A stretch of 64,000 bases of DNA from an uncultured Methanoregulaceae archaeon (GCA_963737635.1 CAVTTL010000001.1:1792001-1856000); one strand, 5' to 3'. Shown: positions 1 through 9,545, counted from the stretch's first letter. Notes: a model not told the origin generated them from the letters alone. Translations and numbers: made by a program.

Positions 1-1197
1 TTGGTGACAACACCTGGTCATGGGAGTGGGGAACAAGTAACGTCGCTCTCGATGCAGGTACCTACACGATCTATGCAGTCAGCGACCCCGATGACGCAAA
101 TAACTTACCTGATGCATACAGTACAGTCTCAATCACCCTCAAGGCACCGTTCGTCAGTGCGACTGCTTCAGAGTCCACCGTTGCCCAGGGTGACCCGGTC
201 TACATCACCGGTACTGCACAGGGCCAGCCCTCTGCAGGTATCAACATCTGGATTATGGGTAAGAACTACGCTTACGTAGGATCCCAGTCCGTGAACAGCG
301 ACTCGTCGTTCTCGTACAAAGTTGAAGGAGCCACCACGGCGGACCTGGCTACCGGCCAGTACTTCGTTGTCGTCCAGCACCCGATGGAGAACGGTGTGTT
401 CGATGTTGAGGCAGTTCCGCTCCCGCAGAACACAAAATCCGACGGAGCAAACGCAGGCCAGACCTCAGTGGTCTACATCGACAGCCCGAACAGCCCAGGA
501 ACATTCCCGACCTTGAACTCTGACAGTTCTGTAGCCCAACTGTCAACTGGTACCGCTGAATTCTCACTTTCCGGTACGAACGCCCTGCAGGGATCCAACG
601 CTGCAGAAGCACTGGTAGAGGCTATCAACAGCCCGAATGTCGATGATACCTACACCAAGCTCCAGTTCCTGGTAGAGACGCCGGTCATCACCATCAACCC
701 GATTGGCGACCACGCTGTTGGTGACAAGTTCACCATCACCGGTACGACCAACCTCGCCGTAGGTGACAACGTCCTCTTCGACGATCGTATTCATCATCAT
801 TCCGCCGACTGATAAGACCCAGTCCGGTGAGTTCAGCGGCGCATCCGGCACTGTGGCAGTTACCCAAGGTACCAATGGACTGAACGCGATCTCGTTCGAT
901 GTCGATGCATCAACATACAAAGCGGACGAGTATCTCGTGACAGCATCTTCCGTCGGTCTCCCGCTCACAAGCCAGCCAACGGGTACTGCACTGTTCAACG
1001 TTCTTCAGGCAGGCACCACCACGGTAACCCCGACCTCCGTTGCAACAGCCGTAACCACTGCTCAGCAGACCACGATCGCAACCCAGCAGCCGACCCAAAC
1101 TCCGACACCAACACCCACCAAGACCCCAGGGTTTGGTGCACTTGTCGCTGTAATTGGTCTCGGTGCAGTTGCGTTCATTATCGTGCGCAGGAACTGA
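1..1197 (+). CDS. S-layer/major cell-surface glycoprotein (Methanomicrobiales type) with PGF-CTERM sorting signal; 5'-truncated by the window, apparent frameshift at ~780-805
   Basis: Frame 3 is open from nt 3 (GDNTWSWEWGTSNVALDAGTYTIYAVS...) into ORF 255..812. It continues in ORF 763..1197 with a Thr/Pro-rich linker and TPGFGALVAVIGLGAVAFIIVRRN (PGF, TM helix, basic tail; archaeosortase A substrate). Confidence 0.88.
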
Positions 1198-1210
1198 ATT
1201 AAAATCTAAA

Positions 1211-1222
1211 TTTTTCTTTTTT
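1211..1222 (+). terminator. Oligo-T archaeal terminator candidate after the S-layer gene
   Basis: TTTTTCTTTTTT starts 14 nt after the stop codon. Confidence 0.5.
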
Positions 1223-1581
1223 GGCGTTGTTGCGTTTACGGTTGGTGACTACTATTTCACGTCGTTAAAATGTTCAAATGAACCGCCACTGCAACAAAAA
1301 CGAAATTTTCTTTTCAGGACCTTCACGATCAATTCTTATTTGTCCTCCATACGAGAGGGCACCTTCTCCCGACACTCCCCGGCTTTGGCCAAATTGATCA
1401 TTTTTTCTTGTGTTAAAACAAATATATTTTTGTTGTTTGATGGGTGTCCCGGCTGCTTGCCATCAGGAGGAGCAAAAAGATTTCTCACTCCCGTTAACCT
1501 GATTGGAGGAGGTGATCAGGACAGCGCATTCGACACGAGAGTTTGAATGCCAGAAATGTAGTGGCTGCCACAGTTCGTATC

Positions 1582-1947
1582 TCAGGCCAAGTGGTTTATC
1601 AGATCCCTCTCATAAGTTATAGCATAGAGGGCAAATGTATCGGGATCCGCAAAGGGTCCAACCATGAGCGAAGTTTCTTCCACAGGATCGGATCGCATCA
1701 TGGTCATGGTCGTTCCTTTCTTGGGGGAATAAGTATACCTTACTTCCAGCAGGTGATCGTGCCCGAGCAGCCCTGGGTTGCGGGACGGGTTATAAGCTAC
1801 GGCAACCGCCCAGCGATCCTCCTGCATATCGAGGTAGACAGTTGAGATAAGGTACCGGTTATCCTTCCTGATCATCACTTCATCTTCGAATTTTCCCACC
1901 GCTTGTCGCGTTGCCGGCTGCGGGCTGATTCCATAAAATTTTGACAT
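1582..1947 (-). CDS. Hypothetical protein (121 aa), last gene of the cbiMNQO-CDF run
   Basis: ATG preceded by an AGGAGG Shine-Dalgarno-like motif (cctcct at ~1954-1959 on +); co-oriented and 51 bp from the CDF gene. Confidence 0.7.
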   Translation of the reverse strand: MSKFYGISPQPATRQAVGKFEDEVMIRKDNRYLISTVYLDMQEDRWAVAVAYNPSRNPGLLGHDHLLEVRYTYSPKKGTTMTMMRSDPVEETSLMVGPFADPDTFALYAITYERDLINHLA

Positions 1948-1998
1948 TTTTACCTCCTTTTCCTCATAGCATTACTACATTTTTCTATCATGACCGGT

Positions 1999-3045
1999 TC
2001 AATGCGAGTGCGCAGGCAACCCGTCATGGCTGTGCTCTTTGATATGATGGTACTCTAGTCCGGACGCAGTCATAGGATCCACGTGAATTGTTGCATCCGA
2101 CAGATACTTGAGATGATGGAGAAGTTCGTGGTTGACTTCTTTTGCGATCGCGTGCCCCTGCTCAACGCTGAGTGACGAATCTACTGTGACGCAAACCTCT
2201 GCATGGAGCCGGTGGCCCAGCCATCTTACTTTCACATCAGTAACCTTACGGACAGCGCTGACATGGTGTGCGACATGGAAAATTTCTTTTGGGATCTCTG
2301 GATCAACGCCATCGAGAAGCCGGATGAAGACTGTTTTTGCCGACTCCCAGACAATCCAGAATATTGCAATCGTAATGACAAGACCGATGATCGGATCGGC
2401 AAGCGGGAACCCGAAATACACGCCGACTGCACCAAGGAGGACGGCTAGACTCGTAAAACCATCCGCTCGTGCATGCTGGCCGTCAGCAACGAGCGCAGCA
2501 CTTCCAATTTCCTTCCCGACCCGGATGCGGAGTTGGGCCACAGATTCATTCCCGATAAACCCGATAACTGCCGCCATTGCGACAGCCCAGAGAAACGTCA
2601 CGGTCTGAGGGTGAATAAGCCGGTTGATGGATTCATACCCGGCGACAATAGCAGATATGAGGATCATCAGCACAACAGCCACACCGGCAAAATCTTCAAC
2701 GCGTCCGTACCCGTACGTAAACCGCCGGGTTGGTTTTCTCCAGGAAAGCAAAAATGCAAACAAGAGTGGGATAGCCGTGAGTGCATCACCGAAGTTGTGG
2801 ATGGTATCGGCGAGAAGGGCGATACTTCCGGAATAATACACAACAACGACCTGCAGGATTGCGGTAATAAACAGCCCGACAAACGACCATTTGACTGCCC
2901 AGATGCCTCGCTCGGTTGCAAAGATTGAAGGATCGACAACGCCGTGCATATGGCCATGCCCATGATGATAATCATGTCCATGAAAATGGCCATGATCATG
3001 GTCGTTATCTTCATAATGTTCATGGTTTTCAGCAGGAGGGATCAT
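1999..3045 (-). CDS. Cation diffusion facilitator (CDF) metal exporter with His-rich termini
   Basis: SIALLADTIHNFGD (TM2 HxxxD), ALVADGQHARAD (TM5 HxxxD), YGYGRVED and C-terminal IHVDP dimerization domain. Confidence 0.93.
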   Translation of the reverse strand: MIPPAENHEHYEDNDHDHGHFHGHDYHHGHGHMHGVVDPSIFATERGIWAVKWSFVGLFITAILQVVVVYYSGSIALLADTIHNFGDALTAIPLLFAFLLSWRKPTRRFTYGYGRVEDFAGVAVVLMILISAIVAGYESINRLIHPQTVTFLWAVAMAAVIGFIGNESVAQLRIRVGKEIGSAALVADGQHARADGFTSLAVLLGAVGVYFGFPLADPIIGLVITIAIFWIVWESAKTVFIRLLDGVDPEIPKEIFHVAHHVSAVRKVTDVKVRWLGHRLHAEVCVTVDSSLSVEQGHAIAKEVNHELLHHLKYLSDATIHVDPMTASGLEYHHIKEHSHDGLPAHSH

Positions 3046-4253
3046 TCTGTCGGACCTCCTTTCTTCATAACACTCGTCGCGGAAGACTGAGTTTTTGTGT
3101 CCATGGGGACAACGGCAATCGTATTGCCGCTCTCCCGGCAGTAGGTTTCAACCCGCCGGAACACATGCGGCACCATCGACGCAGGTGTCAGGAGCACCGA
3201 GCATTCGCCAACGAGCGCCCGCAAGATACCTTTGTCGATCACGCCATACGTGAAATCGAGCACTATCGATTCGCGCTCTGCTAGATTCTTTGCCCGGGTT
3301 CCCATTGCCCCGCGCTTGTGCCCGGGATTGTTAGCCACCCACACCTTGATTTCATCAGCGCCGGTCGCATCCACATTGCAGACCGTGATGGTCCCAAGAG
3401 CCCTGTCTGCCCGTGGTTTATTGAAATTCTGTTCGAGCGAACTGACAAGCTGCAGGATGGACTTTGGCGACTGTGTCTTTTCCACCATCTGCCGCGAGAC
3501 GAGCTCCGTGTAGACTTCCAGTACCGCAGGCATCCGGAGATTCGAGGATGTGACAAGCACGGGATCCGTAAAGACTTCCTCGGGAGTGCCCGCATGAAGA
3601 ACGGTCCCTTTGTTTATGAGGACGATCTGGTCCGCCCAGAGGTATGCAAGTTCCACATCATGAGTGGAGATAATGATCGTTGCGCCTTTTGCATTGAGCT
3701 CATCAAGCAGTTCCATGAGGTCAGCTGCCCCGGCAGGGTCGAGGGAGCTTGTCGGTTCGTCAAAAACGAGTACCTCCGGGTCCATCGCCAGCGTCCCCGC
3801 GATTGCGGCCCGCTTTTTCTCCCCACCGCTCAGCTGGTGCGGGGGGCGTTTTTCGAACCCTGCCAGCCCCACCTCAAGAAGTGCCCGGTTGACGACCTTC
3901 TCGATCTCGTCTGGTTCCATGCCAAGGTTGAGCGGCCCGAACGCCACGTCCTGGTATACTGTTGGTGCGAAGAGCTGGGTATCCGAGTTCTGGAATACCA
4001 GCCCGACTTTCTTGCGCACCTCACGTAGCGAGCGGCTGTCATACTTGAGGGGTTCACCATCGAGAAGCACCCGCCCCTTCGACGGTTCGAGAACCCCGTT
4101 GCACATCAGGAGCAGGGTGGTTTTCCCGGCACCGTTGGGGCCGACCAGAGCAACCTTGGCTTCTTTTTTTATCGAGAAGTTTACACCGGAAAGCGATTCC
4201 CGGCAGTTCGGGTAGGCGTAGTGAATATTGTCAAATTCGAGCAGGTTTGTCAT
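3042..4253 (-). CDS. cbiO: ECF cobalt transporter ATPase with C-terminal extension
   Basis: Walker A GPNGAGKT, DVAFGPLN, LSGGEKKR, FDEPT; located in the cbiMNQ operon. Confidence 0.92.
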   Translation of the reverse strand: MTNLLEFDNIHYAYPNCRESLSGVNFSIKKEAKVALVGPNGAGKTTLLLMCNGVLEPSKGRVLLDGEPLKYDSRSLREVRKKVGLVFQNSDTQLFAPTVYQDVAFGPLNLGMEPDEIEKVVNRALLEVGLAGFEKRPPHQLSGGEKKRAAIAGTLAMDPEVLVFDEPTSSLDPAGAADLMELLDELNAKGATIIISTHDVELAYLWADQIVLINKGTVLHAGTPEEVFTDPVLVTSSNLRMPAVLEVYTELVSRQMVEKTQSPKSILQLVSSLEQNFNKPRADRALGTITVCNVDATGADEIKVWVANNPGHKRGAMGTRAKNLAERESIVLDFTYGVIDKGILRALVGECSVLLTPASMVPHVFRRVETYCRESGNTIAVVPMDTKTQSSATSVMKKGGPTE

Positions 4254-4256
4254 GAT

Positions 4257-5051
4257 TCACCTGAAAGGCACTATCGTGCTGGTCATAATTGCAACAGCAA
4301 TGCAGAGACTCAGATAGATCGCGACAGAGGCAATTGCCCCCGGTTTCGGAGGATTCTGCTGGCCGGGTAATGCCAGTTTGCCGTCATAGCATCGCGAGTC
4401 CATAGCGATGATGAGATCTTCAGCTTCCTTCCATCCCCGGATGAAGAGCATGGCACCGAGCATCCCCATCGAATTCACGGATCGTTTGAACGAGGTATAT
4501 CCGTGCCGGATGGTCTGTGCGTTATGGATAGCGATTGTCTGTGCAATAAAGACGAAGATAAAATGGTAGATCAGCATAGAGAGATCGACCATAACGGGAG
4601 GGACATGCAGTTTGTGCATGACAGAAAAGATCTCGATCATCGGTGTTGTCAGGGCAATGAAGAAGAGCCCACACATCCCGCCAAATGTCCGAACAAGTAC
4701 GAGGGATGCAAGGTTCGCGGAGCCGGTGGTGATAGTCAGCGGGATGTTCGCGACCGTAAACGTAAGGAGGGTATCTCCACTCCCGCTTAAAAACAGAATA
4801 ACGATCACGGAGGAGAATGCAAATATCACGGGAATATGAAGGAGTTCCACATAAACCTGTACCGGTATTTTTGCAAATATCAGGGTGATTGCAGAAAGAG
4901 TAATGAAAATAAACAGCGGGGTCAGCGGGGCCGGGGAGGCAACACAGATAAATATTGCTCCCAAGCCAAGGGCGAGTTTAAGATAGCAGTTTACGTCCCG
5001 CAAAGCATTTGTCTGTGCATAATAATCCAGATTCTCTTCCATAAATGTCAT
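4257..5051 (-). CDS. cbiQ: ECF cobalt transporter T component
   Basis: Hydrophobic protein with LTTP and AMDSRCYDG motifs; operon context. Confidence 0.9.
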   Translation of the reverse strand: MTFMEENLDYYAQTNALRDVNCYLKLALGLGAIFICVASPAPLTPLFIFITLSAITLIFAKIPVQVYVELLHIPVIFAFSSVIVILFLSGSGDTLLTFTVANIPLTITTGSANLASLVLVRTFGGMCGLFFIALTTPMIEIFSVMHKLHVPPVMVDLSMLIYHFIFVFIAQTIAIHNAQTIRHGYTSFKRSVNSMGMLGAMLFIRGWKEAEDLIIAMDSRCYDGKLALPGQQNPPKPGAIASVAIYLSLCIAVAIMTSTIVPFR

Positions 5052-5103
5052 AAGGAATACCTATTTTCAGACGTCTCATACGTCAGTAAACTAAAGAGGG
5101 GAG

Positions 5104-5430
5104 TTATGCAGATGTTGCACTATCCCTTTTGCCCCGGTAAAACCCGAAGAAGTATCCAATCACAAATGCTCCGAGGCCAGACTGGATGCTGAAAAGCAAG
5201 GACTCAACTTCGGTACTGGGAGGCGTCCAGAGAGGCTGTATCCAAGGGGTATATCCCGTAGCTTCAATCGCAGCACTGCCTAGATCATCTGATCCCTGCC
5301 AAGTCTCCTGCCCGGGCTTTGCTGTTGCTTGAATATTGGCATTATTTATGAGGAAGAGTGCTGCAAAGATGACGATAAAGACCGCAAAGATGATCTCAAG
5401 TTTGTACTTCGTGAAAAATCTGGGGATCAT
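5104..5430 (-). CDS. cbiN: Cobalt transport protein CbiN
   Basis: GSDD...GYTPWIQPLWTPPSTEVESLLFSIQ family motif; two TM helices. Confidence 0.92.
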   Translation of the reverse strand: MIPRFFTKYKLEIIFAVFIVIFAALFLINNANIQATAKPGQETWQGSDDLGSAAIEATGYTPWIQPLWTPPSTEVESLLFSIQSGLGAFVIGYFFGFYRGKRDSATSA

Positions 5431-6125
5431 TTGAAACTCTCCATGATTTTTGTAACCTGCTCCGGTGTGAGTACCTTAAGTTTGACGAGAATATCGCCCC
5501 GGCTCTGGACAATATATTTGAACACGAGCGCGATAAGGAGTCCTTCAACGATAGCAAGAGGAACCTGCGTAACCGCATAGATTGCAAAGAAGGTCTCAAA
5601 GGAGATCAGGAACCCACCGTGCGTTGCCGGGAATGCCGCTGCGAGCTCGATTGCCGTGATAACATAGGTAAAGAGATCCGCGACGAATGCGACGAGAAAA
5701 ATATTTACGAATATGTTCAGATTCACTTTCTTTGCCACCCGGTACACTACATACCCGAGAAGCGGCCCAGCAATTCCCATCGAGAAATCATTGGCGCCAA
5801 GAGTGGTAATCCCGCCATGGGCCATGAACAGCGCCTGGAATATAAGCACGATAACGCTGAGAACGGCTGTAATGAACGGGCCGAACAGCACGGTTGATAA
5901 CCCGGTGCCCGTGGGATGGGAGCAGCTGCCCACAACAGGAGACGGCATCTTCAACGAAGAAAGCAGGAAAATGAAAGCACCGGATACTGCGAGAAGCGAG
6001 AGGGTTTCGCGCTGTTCTTTTACTTGGCGGTTCAGGAGGTAAACTCCATAGATGATGAATGGTGCTGATACAAGGTACCAGAAAACACACCACTGCCAGG
6101 GTAGAAATCCTTCCATAATATGCAT
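5427..6125 (-). CDS. cbiM: ECF cobalt transporter S component
   Basis: N-terminal MHIMEGFLP metal-binding motif, GSCSHPTG and AHGGITTLGAN. Confidence 0.95.
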   Translation of the reverse strand: MHIMEGFLPWQWCVFWYLVSAPFIIYGVYLLNRQVKEQRETLSLLAVSGAFIFLLSSLKMPSPVVGSCSHPTGTGLSTVLFGPFITAVLSVIVLIFQALFMAHGGITTLGANDFSMGIAGPLLGYVVYRVAKKVNLNIFVNIFLVAFVADLFTYVITAIELAAAFPATHGGFLISFETFFAIYAVTQVPLAIVEGLLIALVFKYIVQSRGDILVKLKVLTPEQVTKIMESFK

Positions 6126-6279
6126 AATAATACGAGATCATATTTACTTGCATTAACTAAATAAAACTTGCTAAATAGTGTGAATGAATGTACCGGGATT
6201 TTTTGTAGGATTCTTAAAGATTATTTTCAACAGGACAGGCAAAGTTCATAACGATCGATCCATACCAATAAGCCCAAAT

Positions 6280-6302
6280 AAATGTGGGTACTCCCCAAAC
6301 TT
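6280..6302. promoter_or_regulatory. Palindromic operator candidate, copy 1 (between cbiM and the regulator)
   Basis: AAATGTGGGTACTCCCCAAACTT; 21/23 identical to the copy at 6807-6829. Confidence 0.7.
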
Positions 6303-6331
6303 TATCTCCCTGCATTACCCAACTGGCAGTT

Positions 6332-6754
6332 ATGGAAATTGGGGACGGACGCGGACTATCTCCGCGTAAAGTGGAGTACCTGAAATTCGTACACGAACGG
6401 AGCGGCAGGGTGCGAACCACGGATATTGCGCGCGAATTTTCTGTCGACCCCTCAACAATTACAAAGACAATTGCGGAACTTTGTGCCGCGGGTCTTGTCA
6501 CCCATGAGCCGTACCGCGGGATCTGCCTTTCTGATGAGGGGAGACAGCATGCGGAATTCCTTGTCAAGCGCCACCGTATTCTGAGCTTGATGCTCACTCA
6601 TTACGGGTTCTCGCACGATCAGGCGTGCTCAGAAGCCTCGCGTTTTGAATCGCTTGTCACAAAAGATGCCATCGACCGGATCTGCACCGCTATGGGCCAT
6701 CCGCGGCTAGGAGTCTGCGGTGCGATTACGCATGATGACGGTTGTCTTAAGTAA
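6332..6754 (+). CDS. DtxR/MntR-family metal-dependent transcriptional regulator
   Basis: EYLK..., wHTH TTDIAREFSVDPSTIT, HEPYRGICLS, KRHRIL; start moved to ATG at 6332. Confidence 0.9.
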   Translation: MEIGDGRGLSPRKVEYLKFVHERSGRVRTTDIAREFSVDPSTITKTIAELCAAGLVTHEPYRGICLSDEGRQHAEFLVKRHRILSLMLTHYGFSHDQACSEASRFESLVTKDAIDRICTAMGHPRLGVCGAITHDDGCLK

Positions 6755-6806
6755 TGAGATCTTTAACGAAAAAAATTCTTGAATTCTTTCGCATAGAATT
6801 TGAATT

Positions 6807-6829
6807 AAATTTGGGTAATCCCCAAACTT
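6807..6829. promoter_or_regulatory. Palindromic operator candidate, copy 2 (upstream of znuA)
   Basis: AAATTTGGG-TAATC-CCCAAACTT, an 8/9 inverted repeat ~70 bp before the znuA ATG. Confidence 0.75.
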
Positions 6830-6897
6830 CTCATAACTATTATATGGATAACCGACGAAGCAGTTGCGCAGCACACATACGGAGAGGGCAGAACATT

Positions 6898-7851
6898 ATG
6901 AATTCTAAAACTTATATCGTCATTGGAGGACTCATCGTTGTCCTCGTTGCAATAATTGCAATTGTTGCAATAGGTGGTTCACACTCAAATGCTGTAGTAA
7001 CTTCACCCAATTCTATTGCCAACAACTCATCACAAAAGATACAAATTGTTGCCGCTGAAAATTTTTGGGGCAGTCTGGTATCACAAATTGGCGGAACGCA
7101 TGTCCAGGTACTGAGCATAGTTTCAGATCCCAATGCCGATCCTCATGAATACGAGAGTAATACTGAGGATGCACGTGCATTTGCAACGGCAGACTATATT
7201 ATTGAAAATGGGGCCGGATACGATGAATGGGCTGACAAACTTATTAGTGCTGGCATCAAACCGAACGCCAAAGTTTTAAATGTAGCAGAACTTATTGGAC
7301 AACAAAACGGCGATAATCCTCATTTCTGGTACAGCCCTGATTATGTGAATCAGACCACAAAACAGATGGAATTAGACCTTATTGCCATTGATCCATCCAA
7401 TGCTCAAGACTATGAGCAGAATTATGCCAATTTGCAAGTGTCGCTTTCCCAATATCAAGGTCGGATCGGTGAGATAAAACAGCAATTTGGAGGTACAAAA
7501 GTTGCTGCCACCGAATCCATCTTTGAATTCCTGGCAAATGCAACCGGCCTTGATCTTGTCTCTCCGTCAGCGTTTACCCACGCTGTTGCCGAAGGGAACG
7601 ATCCACCGGCAGACAGTGTTGTGGAATTTGAGGACCAGCTTAAGAACGATAATGTGAGTGTGCTGGTTTATAACCAACAAACGGTTACCCCGCTCACGGA
7701 TAACATGAAGAAACTGGCCTCGGCACAAGGCATTCCTGTTATTGGTATAACGGAAACGATACAGCCACCCGACGTTTCGTTCCAGGACTGGATGAATGCA
7801 GAACTAATCAGTCTTCAGAATGCACTCAATGCAAATGCTCTTGGAAGTTAA
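6898..7851 (+). CDS. znuA: Zn/Mn ABC transporter substrate-binding protein
   Basis: N-terminal membrane anchor; DPHEYE and DNPHFW metal-binding motifs; start moved to ATG at 6898. Confidence 0.88.
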   Translation: MNSKTYIVIGGLIVVLVAIIAIVAIGGSHSNAVVTSPNSIANNSSQKIQIVAAENFWGSLVSQIGGTHVQVLSIVSDPNADPHEYESNTEDARAFATADYIIENGAGYDEWADKLISAGIKPNAKVLNVAELIGQQNGDNPHFWYSPDYVNQTTKQMELDLIAIDPSNAQDYEQNYANLQVSLSQYQGRIGEIKQQFGGTKVAATESIFEFLANATGLDLVSPSAFTHAVAEGNDPPADSVVEFEDQLKNDNVSVLVYNQQTVTPLTDNMKKLASAQGIPVIGITETIQPPDVSFQDWMNAELISLQNALNANALGS

Positions 7852-7854
7852 TCA

Positions 7855-8652
7855 ATGGCAAAAACCATTCCCCCCATTATTACCGCAGAAAACCTAACGG
7901 TTGGATATCAGGACAATATTGTCTGGCAGGACGCCAATTTTACTATTGACCATGGCGAGTTTGTGGCAATCATAGGTCCCAACGGCTCGGGTAAAACAAC
8001 GCTGTTTCGTTTGCTTCTGGGATTGCAGCAACCCATACAGGGCGCTATCAAAGTATTTGACGCCCGACCGAAACGCGGCAACGAACATATCGGATACATA
8101 CCGCAACGGCATGTAATTGATGAAGAAACAACACTTGAATCCCTTGAATTAGTAAGGCTTGGATTTTCCGGCACTAAATGGGGTCTGAACCCGTTTTCCC
8201 GGAACGATCGAAACGCCGCATTTAACGCACTGAAATCTGTCGGGGCTGAAGATCTGGTACACCGTTCTCTTGGAGGTTTATCGGGAGGAGAATTACAGCG
8301 GGTATTTCTCGCTGAAGCATTAGTAAGCGAACCCCACCTGTTATTGCTCGATGAACCGTTGTCAAATCTGGATATCCGGCGTGAGCAGGAATTGGTACAG
8401 GTTATCCATAATGTGGTTCAGGAACGCGATGTCACGGCTTTGCTTATTGCCCACAATATTAATCCTCTTCTGCCGGTGCTCGATAAAGTGATCTATATCG
8501 CCAACGGCAAGGTTGCAATCGGGAAGCCCGATGAAGTCCTGACCTCAGAGGCCTTATCGGCATTATACGGGATTCAGGTCGAGGTTTTGCGGGGATCCCA
8601 GGGCCAGATCGCTGTTATAGGCACTGAAGAAAACCAGCATCATTACGATTGA
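7855..8652 (+). CDS. znuC: Zn/Mn ABC transporter ATPase
   Basis: GPNGSGKTT, IGYIPQ, LSGGELQR, LLLDEP. Confidence 0.88.
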   Translation: MAKTIPPIITAENLTVGYQDNIVWQDANFTIDHGEFVAIIGPNGSGKTTLFRLLLGLQQPIQGAIKVFDARPKRGNEHIGYIPQRHVIDEETTLESLELVRLGFSGTKWGLNPFSRNDRNAAFNALKSVGAEDLVHRSLGGLSGGELQRVFLAEALVSEPHLLLLDEPLSNLDIRREQELVQVIHNVVQERDVTALLIAHNINPLLPVLDKVIYIANGKVAIGKPDEVLTSEALSALYGIQVEVLRGSQGQIAVIGTEENQHHYD

Positions 8653-8663
8653 ACAGGTGCTGT

Positions 8664-9545
8664 ATGGTTGACATTTCCTTTAGCCTCAATTTGATAACTG
8701 ATCTCCAGGTGATGTGGCAGTACGACTTCATGCAGCACGCCTTTGAAGCCGGAACAATAATCGCCATCATCGCTGGGATCGTCGGCTATTTTGTCGTGCT
8801 CCGTCGTTCATCATTTGCAGCACACGCTCTTTCCCATGTAGGGTTTGCAGGAGCCGCCGGCGCCGTGCTTTTTGGGGTCGATCCCATCATAGGCCTTCTG
8901 CTGTTTACCAGCGGGGGCGGCATTACGATTGCATTGCTCGGCCGCCGTGCCGCTGCCCGGGACGTTCAGATTGGAACCGTCCTTGCATTCATGCTTGGTT
9001 TAGGCGTCCTCTTCATCAGCCTCTACAGCGGGTATGCTACGGAAGCGTACTCTATCTTATTCGGAGAAATACTGGGTATAAGTTCCAGCGACGTACTAGT
9101 GACGCTTGTTGCCAGCCTGGTAATTCTATTGTTAACCGCGGTCGTATTTCGGCCGCTTCTATTTGCATCGCTTGATGAAGACGTGGCAGAAGCAAAAGGA
9201 TTGCCCACCCTTTTGCTCGGCGTCATTTTTATGCTTCTGGTCGCAGTGGCTACCTCGATCTCTGTCCAGGTTGTCGGGGTACTGCTTATATTCGCATTAA
9301 TGGTGACGCCGGCAGCAATCGCCCAACGGTTAGCGAAACGACCTGTACACGGTATAATGATATCTATCGTTATTGCTTTGTTTGCGACGTGGATTGGCCT
9401 TTTTATCTCGTTTTATGAGCCGTACCCGGTGAGCTTTTTCATAACGAGCATAGTCTTTATTTTGTATGTATTGACCCTGATTTTCCAGAAGGTCAATACG
9501 TCTCTCTCTACCAAGAGGATGCACTTCCATAAAAATGAGGGATGA
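8664..9545 (+). CDS. znuB: Zn/Mn ABC transporter permease
   Basis: ABC-3 motifs AHALSHVGFAG, ILFGEIL, DEDVAEAKG, VVGVLLIFALMVTPAA. Confidence 0.88.
   Translation: MVDISFSLNLITDLQVMWQYDFMQHAFEAGTIIAIIAGIVGYFVVLRRSSFAAHALSHVGFAGAAGAVLFGVDPIIGLLLFTSGGGITIALLGRRAAARDVQIGTVLAFMLGLGVLFISLYSGYATEAYSILFGEILGISSSDVLVTLVASLVILLLTAVVFRPLLFASLDEDVAEAKGLPTLLLGVIFMLLVAVATSISVQVVGVLLIFALMVTPAAIAQRLAKRPVHGIMISIVIALFATWIGLFISFYEPYPVSFFITSIVFILYVLTLIFQKVNTSLSTKRMHFHKNEG

Noticed and set aside
1-279. ORF 1..279 in frame 1
   Set aside because: Wrong frame; frame 3 encodes the S-layer protein continuously over this interval.
1020-1125. Short ACC/CCG-rich repeats
   Set aside because: Explained by the Thr/Pro-rich linker preceding PGF-CTERM.
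6126-6280. Cobalamin riboswitch upstream of cbiM
   Set aside because: The spacer is short and AT-rich with no recognizable B12-box or conserved stems.
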